DNA of 53,318 nucleotides from an uncultured Gammaproteobacteria bacterium (GCA_964349415.1 CAYGGJ010000001.1:1-53318); one strand, 5' to 3'; positions 42,412 through 50,180 are shown, numbered from the stretch's first letter. Notes: generated by a model from the sequence alone, not told the origin. Numbers and translations: made by a program.

Positions 42412-43580
42412 CGTTTCACCCACACACAAAGTATGGACAAAAGGAAGTACTTAAGGATCTTTTTTCTGCCGCGTGAGCGGGAGCAGCAATGCTGCAAAGA
42501 TTAAGCCCTGAGGCTTATATATCCCCGGAATCCGGAGTCCTTAAGGGGTTTAGAATTACCCACAGTACCTTCCCAGGTCGGCATATATTTCATGCGGCCT
42601 TAGTGTTACACGTCACGAAGTGACGACCTTCCAGCCTAGGCGGCCGGGCGAAGAGTTGCCTCTCCGGTCATGATGGTCGTCGGACCAGCCACGTTCTGAA
42701 CGGCGGTGCCGTCCCAGAACTCAGCAGTCCATCCCGCGGGGACAGTGACCGGGTCGTTGCGACCGGTCGGGCCATACTTGCAGGCCTGTCCATCCTCGAT
42801 GGGAACCGTGTTTGCGGGGCAAGAAACGCCCTGCGCTTGCGTGTCGGATGAACCCGACGAACCGGAGGAACGACTGTTGTCGTCATCTCCGCAGGTGAAG
42901 TTGCCGCCGTCCACTGGGAACGATGGGTCCTCGACCTGGCCGAAGTTCTTCTCCTTACGCAAGAGCTCACACGGAGGGTCTTCGTGCACTGCGTCGTTCG
43001 ACGGGTAGGCGTCGATCATGCGGAAGGTTCCCGCGACGATCGTGTAGCTCTCGCCATCTCCGACGTAGACGTTGATGCTGTCGTCAGCAAGGTGCAAGGT
43101 GCACACCCAGCCGTCTGGACATGTTGCCTGAGCCGAACCGACTCCGACCGAACGGAAGACCCAGCCACAGGCCTCGAGACCCAGACGTTGGACGTCCAGT
43201 CCGAGTGCAGCCTTCGCTTCGCCTGTCGTGAGGCAGCTTTCCGACGTGTTGATGCCGGTATCTCCGCCGGTTTCGCCGACCGAGACAGTTGGCTCGTTGC
43301 TGTCGTCGCCTCCGAGGCTGTCCGCTACTGCGAATCCGCCTGCGATTGCGATCGCCAGGATGACTACGACCGTCAGTGTTACAACGACCGCCTTCTTGAT
43401 GGCATCGCCCATCTTCCCACACCTTTCTGTGTGTGAGTTGTTCGGCACTTACTTTCCTTGCTGGAAATTTGCCCTGTTCTTCCTCCTTCTACAGAAGCGT
43501 CTCCACCAGTAGCGAGTCCTGCGGTTTGATCCGTTGGTGTGCGCCGTGGCTGCTCCTTTTCTAGTTGGGGGGTGAGAACG
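42412..43580. other. Compositionally foreign high-GC island (~1.1 kb)
   Basis: Counted GC is 38/60 at 42661-42720, against 20/60 at 41641-41700 and 18/60 at 43681-43740. Every reading frame is open, which is typical of high-GC DNA. The tentative flanking inverted 10-11-mers are cgtttcaccc (42412-42421) and gggtgagaacg (43570-43580). Confidence 0.7.
42636..43412 (-). CDS. Signal-anchored Cys-containing secreted protein of foreign (high-GC) composition, function unknown
   Basis: Frame chosen by a strong G/C bias at third codon positions and an N-terminal anchor (MGDAIKKAVVVTLTVVVILAIAIAGGFAVA). Nine Cys. No motif recognised. Confidence 0.6.
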   Translation of the reverse strand: MGDAIKKAVVVTLTVVVILAIAIAGGFAVADSLGGDDSNEPTVSVGETGGDTGINTSESCLTTGEAKAALGLDVQRLGLEACGWVFRSVGVGSAQATCPDGWVCTLHLADDSINVYVGDGESYTIVAGTFRMIDAYPSNDAVHEDPPCELLRKEKNFGQVEDPSFPVDGGNFTCGDDDNSRSSGSSGSSDTQAQGVSCPANTVPIEDGQACKYGPTGRNDPVTVPAGWTAEFWDGTAVQNVAGPTTIMTGEATLRPAA

Positions 43581-43831
43581 TGTGTTTTACGTGTGTTATG
43601 TTGTATTTTCTCCTTTCTATATAGATGTCTTCTCTCAAAAGATAAATAAAATTTATCCTCTGGGTGAAGACATCTAAGCGTATTATCGGAGCAATCTAAT
43701 TCATCAGCAATTGATGTATATGAATTGTTCCTCTTTACTTGAAAAGAGTGGTATTTTTCTAAACCCAAATTGTTAAGGTGCTTGGACGGTTTCCTGTTCA
43801 TGCGGTCGAACAGAATAATCCGAGTCCTCAT
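43379..43831 (-). pseudogene. Possible truncated HTH-containing gene running into the high-GC island
   Basis: The AT-rich first ~80 codons (MRTRIILFDRMNRKPSKHLNNLGLEKY...NSYTSIADELDCSDNTLRCL) include an HTH-like segment. The reading frame then continues through the compositional break and overlaps the 42636-43412 gene, so the 3' part is unlikely to be genuine. Confidence 0.25.
43622..43676. repeat. Nested extended hairpin / inverted repeat
   Basis: tagatgtcttc (43622-43632) pairs with gaagacatcta (43666-43676), 11 bp perfect. Inside it, gataaat-aaa-atttatc (43641-43657) forms a 7-bp stem. Confidence 0.8.
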
Positions 43832-43896
43832 TGGCCTTCTTCTCCGATATAGGTGGAAGCAATTACCACCCTTTCGGTGGAAGAAAAGCGAACTTA

Positions 43897-44538
43897 TTAA
43901 CGCTTTTTTCTGAGAATAACGCCTGTACTAAAACCAAGCGCGTTTAATAGCAGTAATCCGAGGCCCATTTCAGGTCCTGCGGCAGGAACTTGAGGAATAT
44001 CTTTTCTAACTTGTTTTTCCGCGCAGAACTGAGCTGTGTCCTCGTCAGAAACAGCTGAATTAAAGGCGTGCGCACGGTTTATAAGACAGAAGATGCCCCT
44101 GTCAGAAGGAAGTTGATCCTGCCCTCTAACTCGAGCTTTAACAGTGTATGTTTTTTCTTGATGTGGTTCAAAATCCCCTGCATCTATCGTAATTACACGA
44201 TTTGCAGAGTCATAGGATCCTGGGTGTTCTACCACGTCAACCAAATCAGGAATGAAATCTTTTACGGTAACATCGTTTAGATTTTGATCTGTGGGATTTT
44301 TTACTGTTATGCGGAAAAATACATCTTGCGTGGGTGCGAAACGTGGGTCAGAAGGGGAAAGGTTGTCTACAAAGTCAGATTTCTCCGGTCTTTGGACGGT
44401 TTTATTTACTTCTATAGACTGGACCGGGGATGGCCCGTAAGGTCCATATTGCGTATCGCTTGCAGACACAGATACTGTCGCAATAGCAAAAACAAGTGTT
44501 AGAAAAAACGCTGTAACTACTCGCGTCACCCTTATCAT
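43897..44538 (-). CDS. Surface protein with a DUF11-like conserved-repeat domain and a C-terminal sorting-signal-like tail
   Basis: Signal peptide. FFRITVKNPTDQNLNDVTVKDFIPDLV fits the DUF11 pattern (y.i.v.N.G...a.nv.v.D.lP). The C-terminus is PQVPAAGPEMGLGLLLLNALGFSTGVILRKKR. Confidence 0.7.
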   Translation of the reverse strand: MIRVTRVVTAFFLTLVFAIATVSVSASDTQYGPYGPSPVQSIEVNKTVQRPEKSDFVDNLSPSDPRFAPTQDVFFRITVKNPTDQNLNDVTVKDFIPDLVDVVEHPGSYDSANRVITIDAGDFEPHQEKTYTVKARVRGQDQLPSDRGIFCLINRAHAFNSAVSDEDTAQFCAEKQVRKDIPQVPAAGPEMGLGLLLLNALGFSTGVILRKKR

Positions 44539-44613
44539 TAAGAAGTAGTATACTACAGGTCAAACTCTTTGTCAACTATAGGTTGTTCACAAAGATTGTG
44601 TATAATATACCGT

Positions 44614-45147
44614 ATGAAACTTAATGCAGAAGAACTCCGAGATATTGATGAAAATGAGGCTAAATTGAGGCTAAAAGGTCTCAAACGTCAGCCTGTCTAC
44701 TTCATACTTGAGGACATATTAGATACTTATAACATTGGCGGACTGTTCCGATTAGCGGATGCATTAATGGTTGAAAGAATATACCTCTGCGCCCGTACAA
44801 CTACACCTCCAAATAACCGGATTTTTAAGGCCTCAGTAGGTACCGATAAGGTGGTGCCGTGGGAATACAAAAAAACCTCGAAGGACGCCATTAAAACCTT
44901 AAGAAAGGATGTTCCAAAGGTTAGAGTAGTTGCAATAGAACAGGATAAAAAATCAGTGGATTACCGGAAAGTTGAGTATTCTAAACCCATTGCTTTTGTT
45001 ATAGGAAACGAATCTGATGGGATCTCCAAGGCTACGTTGAGGCTGGTTGATAATATAGTTGAGATTCCCATGTGGGGGATAAATAAGTCCTTAAATGTCA
45101 TTATTTCAGCTGCGATAGTAAGCTATCACGCCATAGCATTTCAATAA
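44614..45147 (+). CDS. TrmH/SpoU-family RNA 2'-O-methyltransferase
   Basis: ILEDILDTYNIGGLFRLADAL, FVIGNESDGIS and IPMWGINKSLNVIISAAIVSY are SpoU motifs 1-3. TATAAT at 44601-44606 lies 7 nt upstream of the ATG at 44614. Confidence 0.85.
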   Translation: MKLNAEELRDIDENEAKLRLKGLKRQPVYFILEDILDTYNIGGLFRLADALMVERIYLCARTTTPPNNRIFKASVGTDKVVPWEYKKTSKDAIKTLRKDVPKVRVVAIEQDKKSVDYRKVEYSKPIAFVIGNESDGISKATLRLVDNIVEIPMWGINKSLNVIISAAIVSYHAIAFQ

Positions 45148-45154
45148 GATTGCT

Positions 45155-45565
45155 CTAAGGAGTAGTATTCGGTGTTACTTGCGGTCCAGCTTCAATAGGG
45201 GGGCGGGTAGTGAAGCGCTCCGGATGTCTATCTGATATCAGTATATTGGCAGAAAATACAGCAAGCGGTATTCCAATAATCGTAGCCAAGCCTAAGCGGG
45301 TGCCAAGGCTCATACCTGTTCTTTGTGCGTAATCTAGTTGTCTTTTCCGGGCTCTTATAATGGGATCCGGAAGAAAGCCTCGGCTTAAGGATCTATCAAG
45401 ACCCCTTTGTATATCAGCGTCGACCCGCGGAGTAGTATAAACGGTTTCAAATCTTTTCTTAGGAGGCTCTACTGCCGGTTTTGTCGGGGGCAAGAAGACA
45501 TCGCCTGTTCTTCCTTTTGCTTTAAAATGCTGATCAAAGATTCTTCCTCTTCGAAGTTCTGTCAT
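45155..45565 (-). CDS. Hypothetical single-pass membrane protein
   Basis: 136-aa ORF with one TM helix (LGLATIIGIPLAVFSANILI). No motif recognised. Confidence 0.5.
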   Translation of the reverse strand: MTELRRGRIFDQHFKAKGRTGDVFLPPTKPAVEPPKKRFETVYTTPRVDADIQRGLDRSLSRGFLPDPIIRARKRQLDYAQRTGMSLGTRLGLATIIGIPLAVFSANILISDRHPERFTTRPPIEAGPQVTPNTTP

Positions 45566-45611
45566 ATAACTTTAAGATATACTATAAGTTATATACTTGT
45601 CAAGTGCAATT

Positions 45612-46160
45612 TTAGTGAAGATGCTTTTGCAGAGATATAGTGGTTATTTTAGCTACGGTAATGCCCACAATCATGCCTCCTAAGATGTCAATGAGGTAAT
45701 GACACTGTAAGTAAATACGCGATAGACAAATTAAAAATGCAAGTATATAGTAAATAACAGAGCGTTTTTTATCAAAGTAGGAAAAGATAAAAGCAGCTGC
45801 AAATGCTACGGCAGCATGGCCTGATGGAAATGAAAAACTTTCAGGGCAGATCGAAAGAAGCGTATCGTTGAGTCTCAGCGGTCTTGCTCTTCCATATAGG
45901 TTTTTGAGTACAAATTCGACAAACAAAAAGGTAGTTATTGTACCGGCAAGCAGATATACAGGGAATTTCTTATGTCTTTTTCCTTCAAAAACAAGAAGAA
46001 GAAAAAGAATAATCAGCCACGCTATAACCGAATTTCCGTATACGGAGAGGAATGAAAAAAGCAGGTCGAAAAAGGGAGTGTGGGGAATTACATCATGCAA
46101 AAAGTTCGTCAAAGAACGATCCGCGACGATAAGTTGCTCAAGAATATCGGTATATTGCAT
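45612..46160 (-). CDS. PAP2-family membrane phosphatase (undecaprenyl-diphosphatase-like)
   Basis: KNLYGRARP, PSGHAA and SRIYLQCHYLIDILGG give the three PAP2 acid-phosphatase motifs. Confidence 0.85.
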   Translation of the reverse strand: MQYTDILEQLIVADRSLTNFLHDVIPHTPFFDLLFSFLSVYGNSVIAWLIILFLLLVFEGKRHKKFPVYLLAGTITTFLFVEFVLKNLYGRARPLRLNDTLLSICPESFSFPSGHAAVAFAAAFIFSYFDKKRSVIYYILAFLICLSRIYLQCHYLIDILGGMIVGITVAKITTISLQKHLH

Positions 46161-46683
46161 GAATATTTTTAGTAGTTTTAATCAGCCTTTGATCTTTTAA
46201 TTTGGGTAGAGGATAAAAATATGATACCACTTCAAATTTTTTTAAGCTCCTCCGGACATTTTCGAAAAGTTCGGGCATTAACCAGGGAGAAATATAGACG
46301 AAAATGGTTGTGTGATTTGAGGGCTTAGAGAGCTGAGAGAGATTGATTTTGAACATATCCGCCCAAACAATTTTAATATTTGCGCGATTCGGGCTCATTA
46401 ACCGTCTCACATAGAGTATTAAAATCAGCAATGGATTTATCTCAACTGCTATAAATTTTGTATTTATTCCTCTTTCCATAGCCTCCTTCGCAGCCTTAAA
46501 AATAACAATTCCGTCACCGGCACCCAGGTCGATTACCACCTGATGACTTCGCAGACGTAGAGCCTTAAGAATTAGATCAATGTCCTTTTTATTGGCAGGA
46601 AAATACGGAACAGGAGATAACTGAGGAAAGGCGAAAAGAACTACTATCAGCCCCAAAAGTACGAGCAAAAGGTAGAGTATCAC
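46138..46683 (-). CDS. Membrane-anchored class I SAM-dependent methyltransferase
   Basis: N-terminal TM helix. VIDLGAGDGIVIFKAA (motif I) and AVEINP (motif II region). GTG start directly adjacent to the tRNA. It overlaps the PAP2 gene by 23 nt. Confidence 0.65.
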   Translation of the reverse strand: MILYLLLVLLGLIVVLFAFPQLSPVPYFPANKKDIDLILKALRLRSHQVVIDLGAGDGIVIFKAAKEAMERGINTKFIAVEINPLLILILYVRRLMSPNRANIKIVWADMFKINLSQLSKPSNHTTIFVYISPWLMPELFENVRRSLKKFEVVSYFYPLPKLKDQRLIKTTKNIHAIYRYS

Positions 46684-46685
46684 TG

Positions 46686-46768
46686 TGCCGAGGGAGAGAA
46701 TCGAACTCTCATGAGGTTGCCCTCACAGGTTTTTGAGACCTGCGTGTCTACCGTTCCACCACCTCGGC
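46686..46768 (-). tRNA. tRNA-Leu (anticodon CAA), type II with long variable arm, no encoded CCA
   Basis: Hand-folded: acceptor GCCGAGG/CCTCGGC plus discriminator A. Anticodon stem CAGGT/ACCTG with loop CTCAAAA. Variable arm GAGG-GCAA-CCTC. T arm GAGAG-TTCGATT-CTCTC. Confidence 0.9.
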
Positions 46769-46781
46769 ATAAATAGGTTTC

Positions 46782-46855
46782 AGCATGTAGTATATAGCAT
46801 TTAGCTTCAAAAGACAAAAATTCTGAATGTTAAATTCTCAACGCTATATGGCATT
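46782..46855. repeat. Degenerate copy (c) of the GCATTTAG-type intergenic repeat
   Basis: agcatgtag tatat agcatttag ... gaatgttaaat ... ctatatggcat. The same unit order as copies a and b, but the right arm is more diverged. Confidence 0.45.
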
Positions 46856-46861
46856 GTGGGG

Positions 46862-46890
46862 TTGACGTATCAGAGCCTCAGGAGTAACAT
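46862..46890 (+). promoter_or_regulatory. Promoter candidate for pepA (leaderless layout)
   Basis: TTGACG (46862-46867), 17 nt, TAACAT (46885-46890), then 5 nt to the ATG at 46896. Confidence 0.5.
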
Positions 46891-46895
46891 AGGGT

Positions 46896-48437
46896 ATGAT
46901 TGGCCGCGTAACCGTTACAAAAGGTACTTTTCCTCAAAAAGCACAGGTTTTAATTCTTCCCCTCTTCCAAAGCGATCTTAAAAATAGCCAAACCATAAAA
47001 AAACTCGATCAAAATAAGCCCGGACTACTTACTGCTAAAATCAAGCAGTTCGAGTTTGAAGCTAAAAAAGGACAGACACTTTCGGTAGAAAATCTTTCTC
47101 CTTATAGACACACTATTCTTCTGGGGCTTGGCGACAAGAAGGATTTTTCATTCATTTCTTTCCGTGAAAATCTTGCCAAATGTCTTCACATGGTCCGTCC
47201 CCATAGACATATTTCGGTAGATCTGTTTCTTCCCGACGTGGATCTTACATTCCAATTGGGTAAACATGCCGGTCTTTCCGTGCACCTGACCAACTACAGC
47301 TTTATGAAGTATAAAAGCGAAAAGGAGCAAAAAAAACACACCGTAACAGAACAGCTCACAATCTTTGTAGATCCAAAGACAAAAGATGCCGATCTACGGT
47401 TGATGGAGGAGGGACTGCGTGTGGCAGAGGCTTTGGGAGAGGGGATAACGCTGACCCGGGATCTTGTAAACGAGCCTGCGATTCATCTGGGCCCAGATGA
47501 GATGGTGGATGCTGCAAGATCGATTGAAAAAGAGGCAAAAGGCCTCATTAAGGTCAAAGTGCTCGATGAGGTTGAGTGCCGCAAGTTAGGTATGGGTTCT
47601 TTCTTAGGTGTAGCACAGGGTAGTGATAAAAAACCCAAATTCATAGTTATTCAGACGGTTTCAAAAAAAGCCGGCAAAAAAAAGCAGGTATCGATTGTTG
47701 GTAAATCCATCATGTTTGACTCAGGAGGACTTTCCTTAAAACCAGGCGGCAGTATGGAAGACATGAAGCTCGATATGGCCGGTGCAGCTACTGTCCTGGG
47801 AGCATTTAAGACGCTGGTTCAAGCGCCATCTTTCCTACGGCGAATTGCCGATCAGATGGAACTTTCTGGTGTTATTCCTGCCTGTGAAAATATGCCCTCC
47901 GGCAAAGCTTTGAGACCCGGAGATATTGTGAGGGCCTTAAACGGAAAGACCATCGAGGTTTTAAATACCGATGCCGAAGGGCGCCTTGCGCTTGCGGATG
48001 CTTTGTCTTACGCTGAAAAACACCTGAAGGCAGAATATATCATTGACCTTGCGACTCTTACGGGAGCTTGCATGGTGGCGCTTGGCAACGATCTTGCCGG
48101 GGCATTTGGAAATGACAAAGAATTTACCAAATTGGTGGTTGACACTGCAAAGCATGAAGGTGAAGGAATCTGGCCGTTACCACTTTACAAGCCATACCTA
48201 AAACAGATGAAAAGCGACATTGCAGATCTGAAAAACATTGGGGGCGGCCGGTATGGTGGGGCAATTACTGCTGCCTTATTCTTATCCGAATTTGTGGAAA
48301 AAGCAAAATGGGTTCATGTTGATATAGCAGGACCATCATTCCGCCACGAGCCGCCAAAAGGAACACTTCCCAAAGGAGCCAGTGGTTGGGGAGTGATGAC
48401 GGTATTAGGAGTTATTACAAAATTACTTACAGATTAA
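46896..48437 (+). CDS. pepA: Leucyl aminopeptidase (M17)
   Basis: NTDAEGRLALADAL signature, VGKSIMFDSGGLSLKP and DMAGAA metal-ligand blocks, plus an M17 N-terminal domain. Confidence 0.92.
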   Translation: MIGRVTVTKGTFPQKAQVLILPLFQSDLKNSQTIKKLDQNKPGLLTAKIKQFEFEAKKGQTLSVENLSPYRHTILLGLGDKKDFSFISFRENLAKCLHMVRPHRHISVDLFLPDVDLTFQLGKHAGLSVHLTNYSFMKYKSEKEQKKHTVTEQLTIFVDPKTKDADLRLMEEGLRVAEALGEGITLTRDLVNEPAIHLGPDEMVDAARSIEKEAKGLIKVKVLDEVECRKLGMGSFLGVAQGSDKKPKFIVIQTVSKKAGKKKQVSIVGKSIMFDSGGLSLKPGGSMEDMKLDMAGAATVLGAFKTLVQAPSFLRRIADQMELSGVIPACENMPSGKALRPGDIVRALNGKTIEVLNTDAEGRLALADALSYAEKHLKAEYIIDLATLTGACMVALGNDLAGAFGNDKEFTKLVVDTAKHEGEGIWPLPLYKPYLKQMKSDIADLKNIGGGRYGGAITAALFLSEFVEKAKWVHVDIAGPSFRHEPPKGTLPKGASGWGVMTVLGVITKLLTD

Positions 48438-48448
48438 TCTGTGCGCCT

Positions 48449-49522
48449 ATGGAGCTTAGAGATTTTGTCAAAACAAAAAACATAATCAGAATGGCTCCGG
48501 ACAAAACGCTTTCACAGGCTCTTTCTTTGCTTGGATCTTCCCACGACGCTGCCTTTATTTTTGGTGAAAAGGATAAGTATATGGGGGTTATTAACCCTTA
48601 TTATTCAATTATTAAAACTTCTCTTCCCGGCAATGCAAAAGTAGAACATTGCCTCTTTCATGCTCCGCGCATCCGCCAGAATTTTCCGGTCGGCAAGGTA
48701 GCCAAGCTTATGATTGAGTCAAAGCTTCATTATCTTCCCATCTTTGACCAAAACGACAAATTTACGGGCATTACATCTGCACGCCGTCTGCTTAATATCT
48801 TTAAGGATCTGCCGATCTTTGATCAGGGAATCGAAGATTTCATAAGAAGAAAGAATAAGCCGCTTTTAACGGTATACGAGACCGATTCAGTTGCTGTTGC
48901 CGTGCATCTTTTCAAAAGAAGCAAGGTCTCAAAATTAGTCGTAGTTAATAAAAACATGAAGTTGTACGGAATCCTTACGTACTATGATCTTATTAACTTT
49001 TTAGTTACACCGAGAAAAAAAGTCCACAGGGGAGACAAAGACGGGAACAGGAGCAGCTTTGAATTTCAGCAGGTGAAGAATTTCGCAAAGACATATGTAC
49101 TTACCCTCGGTCCGCAAAATAATGTAAAAGAGGCTCTCAATCTTATCCTTGATAAAAAAATTGGAAGCGTTGTTGTCGTAGATAAGGCTAAAAATCCTGT
49201 GGGAATTATAACAACCCGGGATCTTTTAACTCTCATAATTCAATCAAGACGCGAAAGGACTATGGAAATAACTCTCAAAAATCTTTCTGCCACAAGCAGC
49301 TATGTAGTCGACGGGTTCATTACACAGCTTAAAATGTGGGTGAGAAAAATACCGGATGTGAGCAGGATCAAGTTGTTAGTTAAGGAAGAGAAAAGGGGTG
49401 GATTATTTGAGGCAGTGCTTTCACTGATACCCCAAAAAGGTCAAAACAGGGTTATAAAAAAAGAGGGAAAGAATCTTCAGAAAGTTCTACAGGATTTTAA
49501 AGTGATTAAGAAAAGGCGTTAA
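48449..49522 (+). CDS. CBS-domain protein (two CBS pairs plus a C-terminal domain)
   Basis: Repeated CBS-like units (e.g. IIRMAPDKTLSQALSLL...GVINP; LHYLPIFDQNDKFTGITSARRLL; VSKLVVVNKNMKLYGILTYYDLI; IGSVVVVDKAKNPVGIITTRDLL). The start is set at the internal Met (MELRDF), just after the pepA stop. Confidence 0.75.
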   Translation: MELRDFVKTKNIIRMAPDKTLSQALSLLGSSHDAAFIFGEKDKYMGVINPYYSIIKTSLPGNAKVEHCLFHAPRIRQNFPVGKVAKLMIESKLHYLPIFDQNDKFTGITSARRLLNIFKDLPIFDQGIEDFIRRKNKPLLTVYETDSVAVAVHLFKRSKVSKLVVVNKNMKLYGILTYYDLINFLVTPRKKVHRGDKDGNRSSFEFQQVKNFAKTYVLTLGPQNNVKEALNLILDKKIGSVVVVDKAKNPVGIITTRDLLTLIIQSRRERTMEITLKNLSATSSYVVDGFITQLKMWVRKIPDVSRIKLLVKEEKRGGLFEAVLSLIPQKGQNRVIKKEGKNLQKVLQDFKVIKKRR

Positions 49523-50085
49523 AGCAATTCTTTCTGAATATAGTTCAGGGCTTTCTTTAGAGTCGGAAATTTATATTTATATTCCAAAGCCCTGTCGAGG
49601 ATATTGTAAAGCCAGAAGATTTTCGTTTTGCCTCCCTGCAATTTTTGTACTACGTCCCAGTTGTCTTCAATAAAAACGTCAAGCTTTAGTTTGTCGATTT
49701 CCCCTTTCTTAAAAAGATATGGTTGTTGGTTTTTAATGTTGTGAAGAGTTTCTAAAAAATGAGAATTTGTGTTTATTTTCCTCATCCATTTTTCAAAATC
49801 AGTTGCAAGAAATCCATACCGCCCACTTATCACATAAGCTTCAATTTTTCCTTGGTCAACCAACTTTTTAACTTCATCTACGCCGGGATCCACAAAAAGA
49901 CTGGAGTAGTGAAACACTCTCCATATAAATTGCTGAGCCGGAGTGGTGGGAATAAAAAACTTTGCTTCTTTTTTCCTGAACAAGGCGCGCTTGGCAGAAG
50001 TGACGAGGGGACGGGCTATTCGGGCAGGGTTGTATAAGAGTACCCCGTCCAAATCAAACCCTATCCGCATCTTCCTATTTTGCAT
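49519..50085 (-). CDS. HAD-superfamily hydrolase-like protein
   Basis: MRIGFDLDGVLLYN contains HAD motif I (DxDGV). A late FIEDNWD is plausible as motif IV. Its stop overlaps the CBS gene's stop by 4 nt. Confidence 0.6.
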   Translation of the reverse strand: MQNRKMRIGFDLDGVLLYNPARIARPLVTSAKRALFRKKEAKFFIPTTPAQQFIWRVFHYSSLFVDPGVDEVKKLVDQGKIEAYVISGRYGFLATDFEKWMRKINTNSHFLETLHNIKNQQPYLFKKGEIDKLKLDVFIEDNWDVVQKLQGGKTKIFWLYNILDRALEYKYKFPTLKKALNYIQKELL

Positions 50086-50180
50086 CTCATTATTGTACTT
50101 TACTTTATGTCATTCTGGTAAGTCTCAAGCAGAGCCGAGAGATGCACCCGGAATCGATTTCGGATAAGCCGGAATGACGG

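Noticed and set aside
42460-42635. Possibility that the structured GC-rich spacer is a known small RNA (SRP RNA, tmRNA, RNase P, 6S, a common riboswitch or a hammerhead-type ribozyme)
   Set aside because: I could not find the hallmark conserved motifs of these families by eye (for example a tRNA-like end for tmRNA or CUGAUGA...GAAA cores). It is left as an unclassified structured region pending an Rfam scan.
42668-43512. Five additional 94-150-aa ORFs in other frames of the high-GC island (42668-42970, 42706-43008, 42984-43436, 43084-43422, 43228-43512)
   Set aside because: High GC removes stop codons in all frames. Only the 42636-43412 minus frame shows third-position G/C bias and a signal-anchor N-terminus. 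The others translate to Arg/Pro/Ser-rich strings.
43866-43880. Hairpin CCACC-CTTTC-GGTGG as an intrinsic terminator for the 213-aa surface protein gene
   Set aside because: It has only a 5-bp stem. On the transcribed (minus) strand it is followed by TAATTGCTT rather than a U tract. It is kept only as part of the flank-structure observation.
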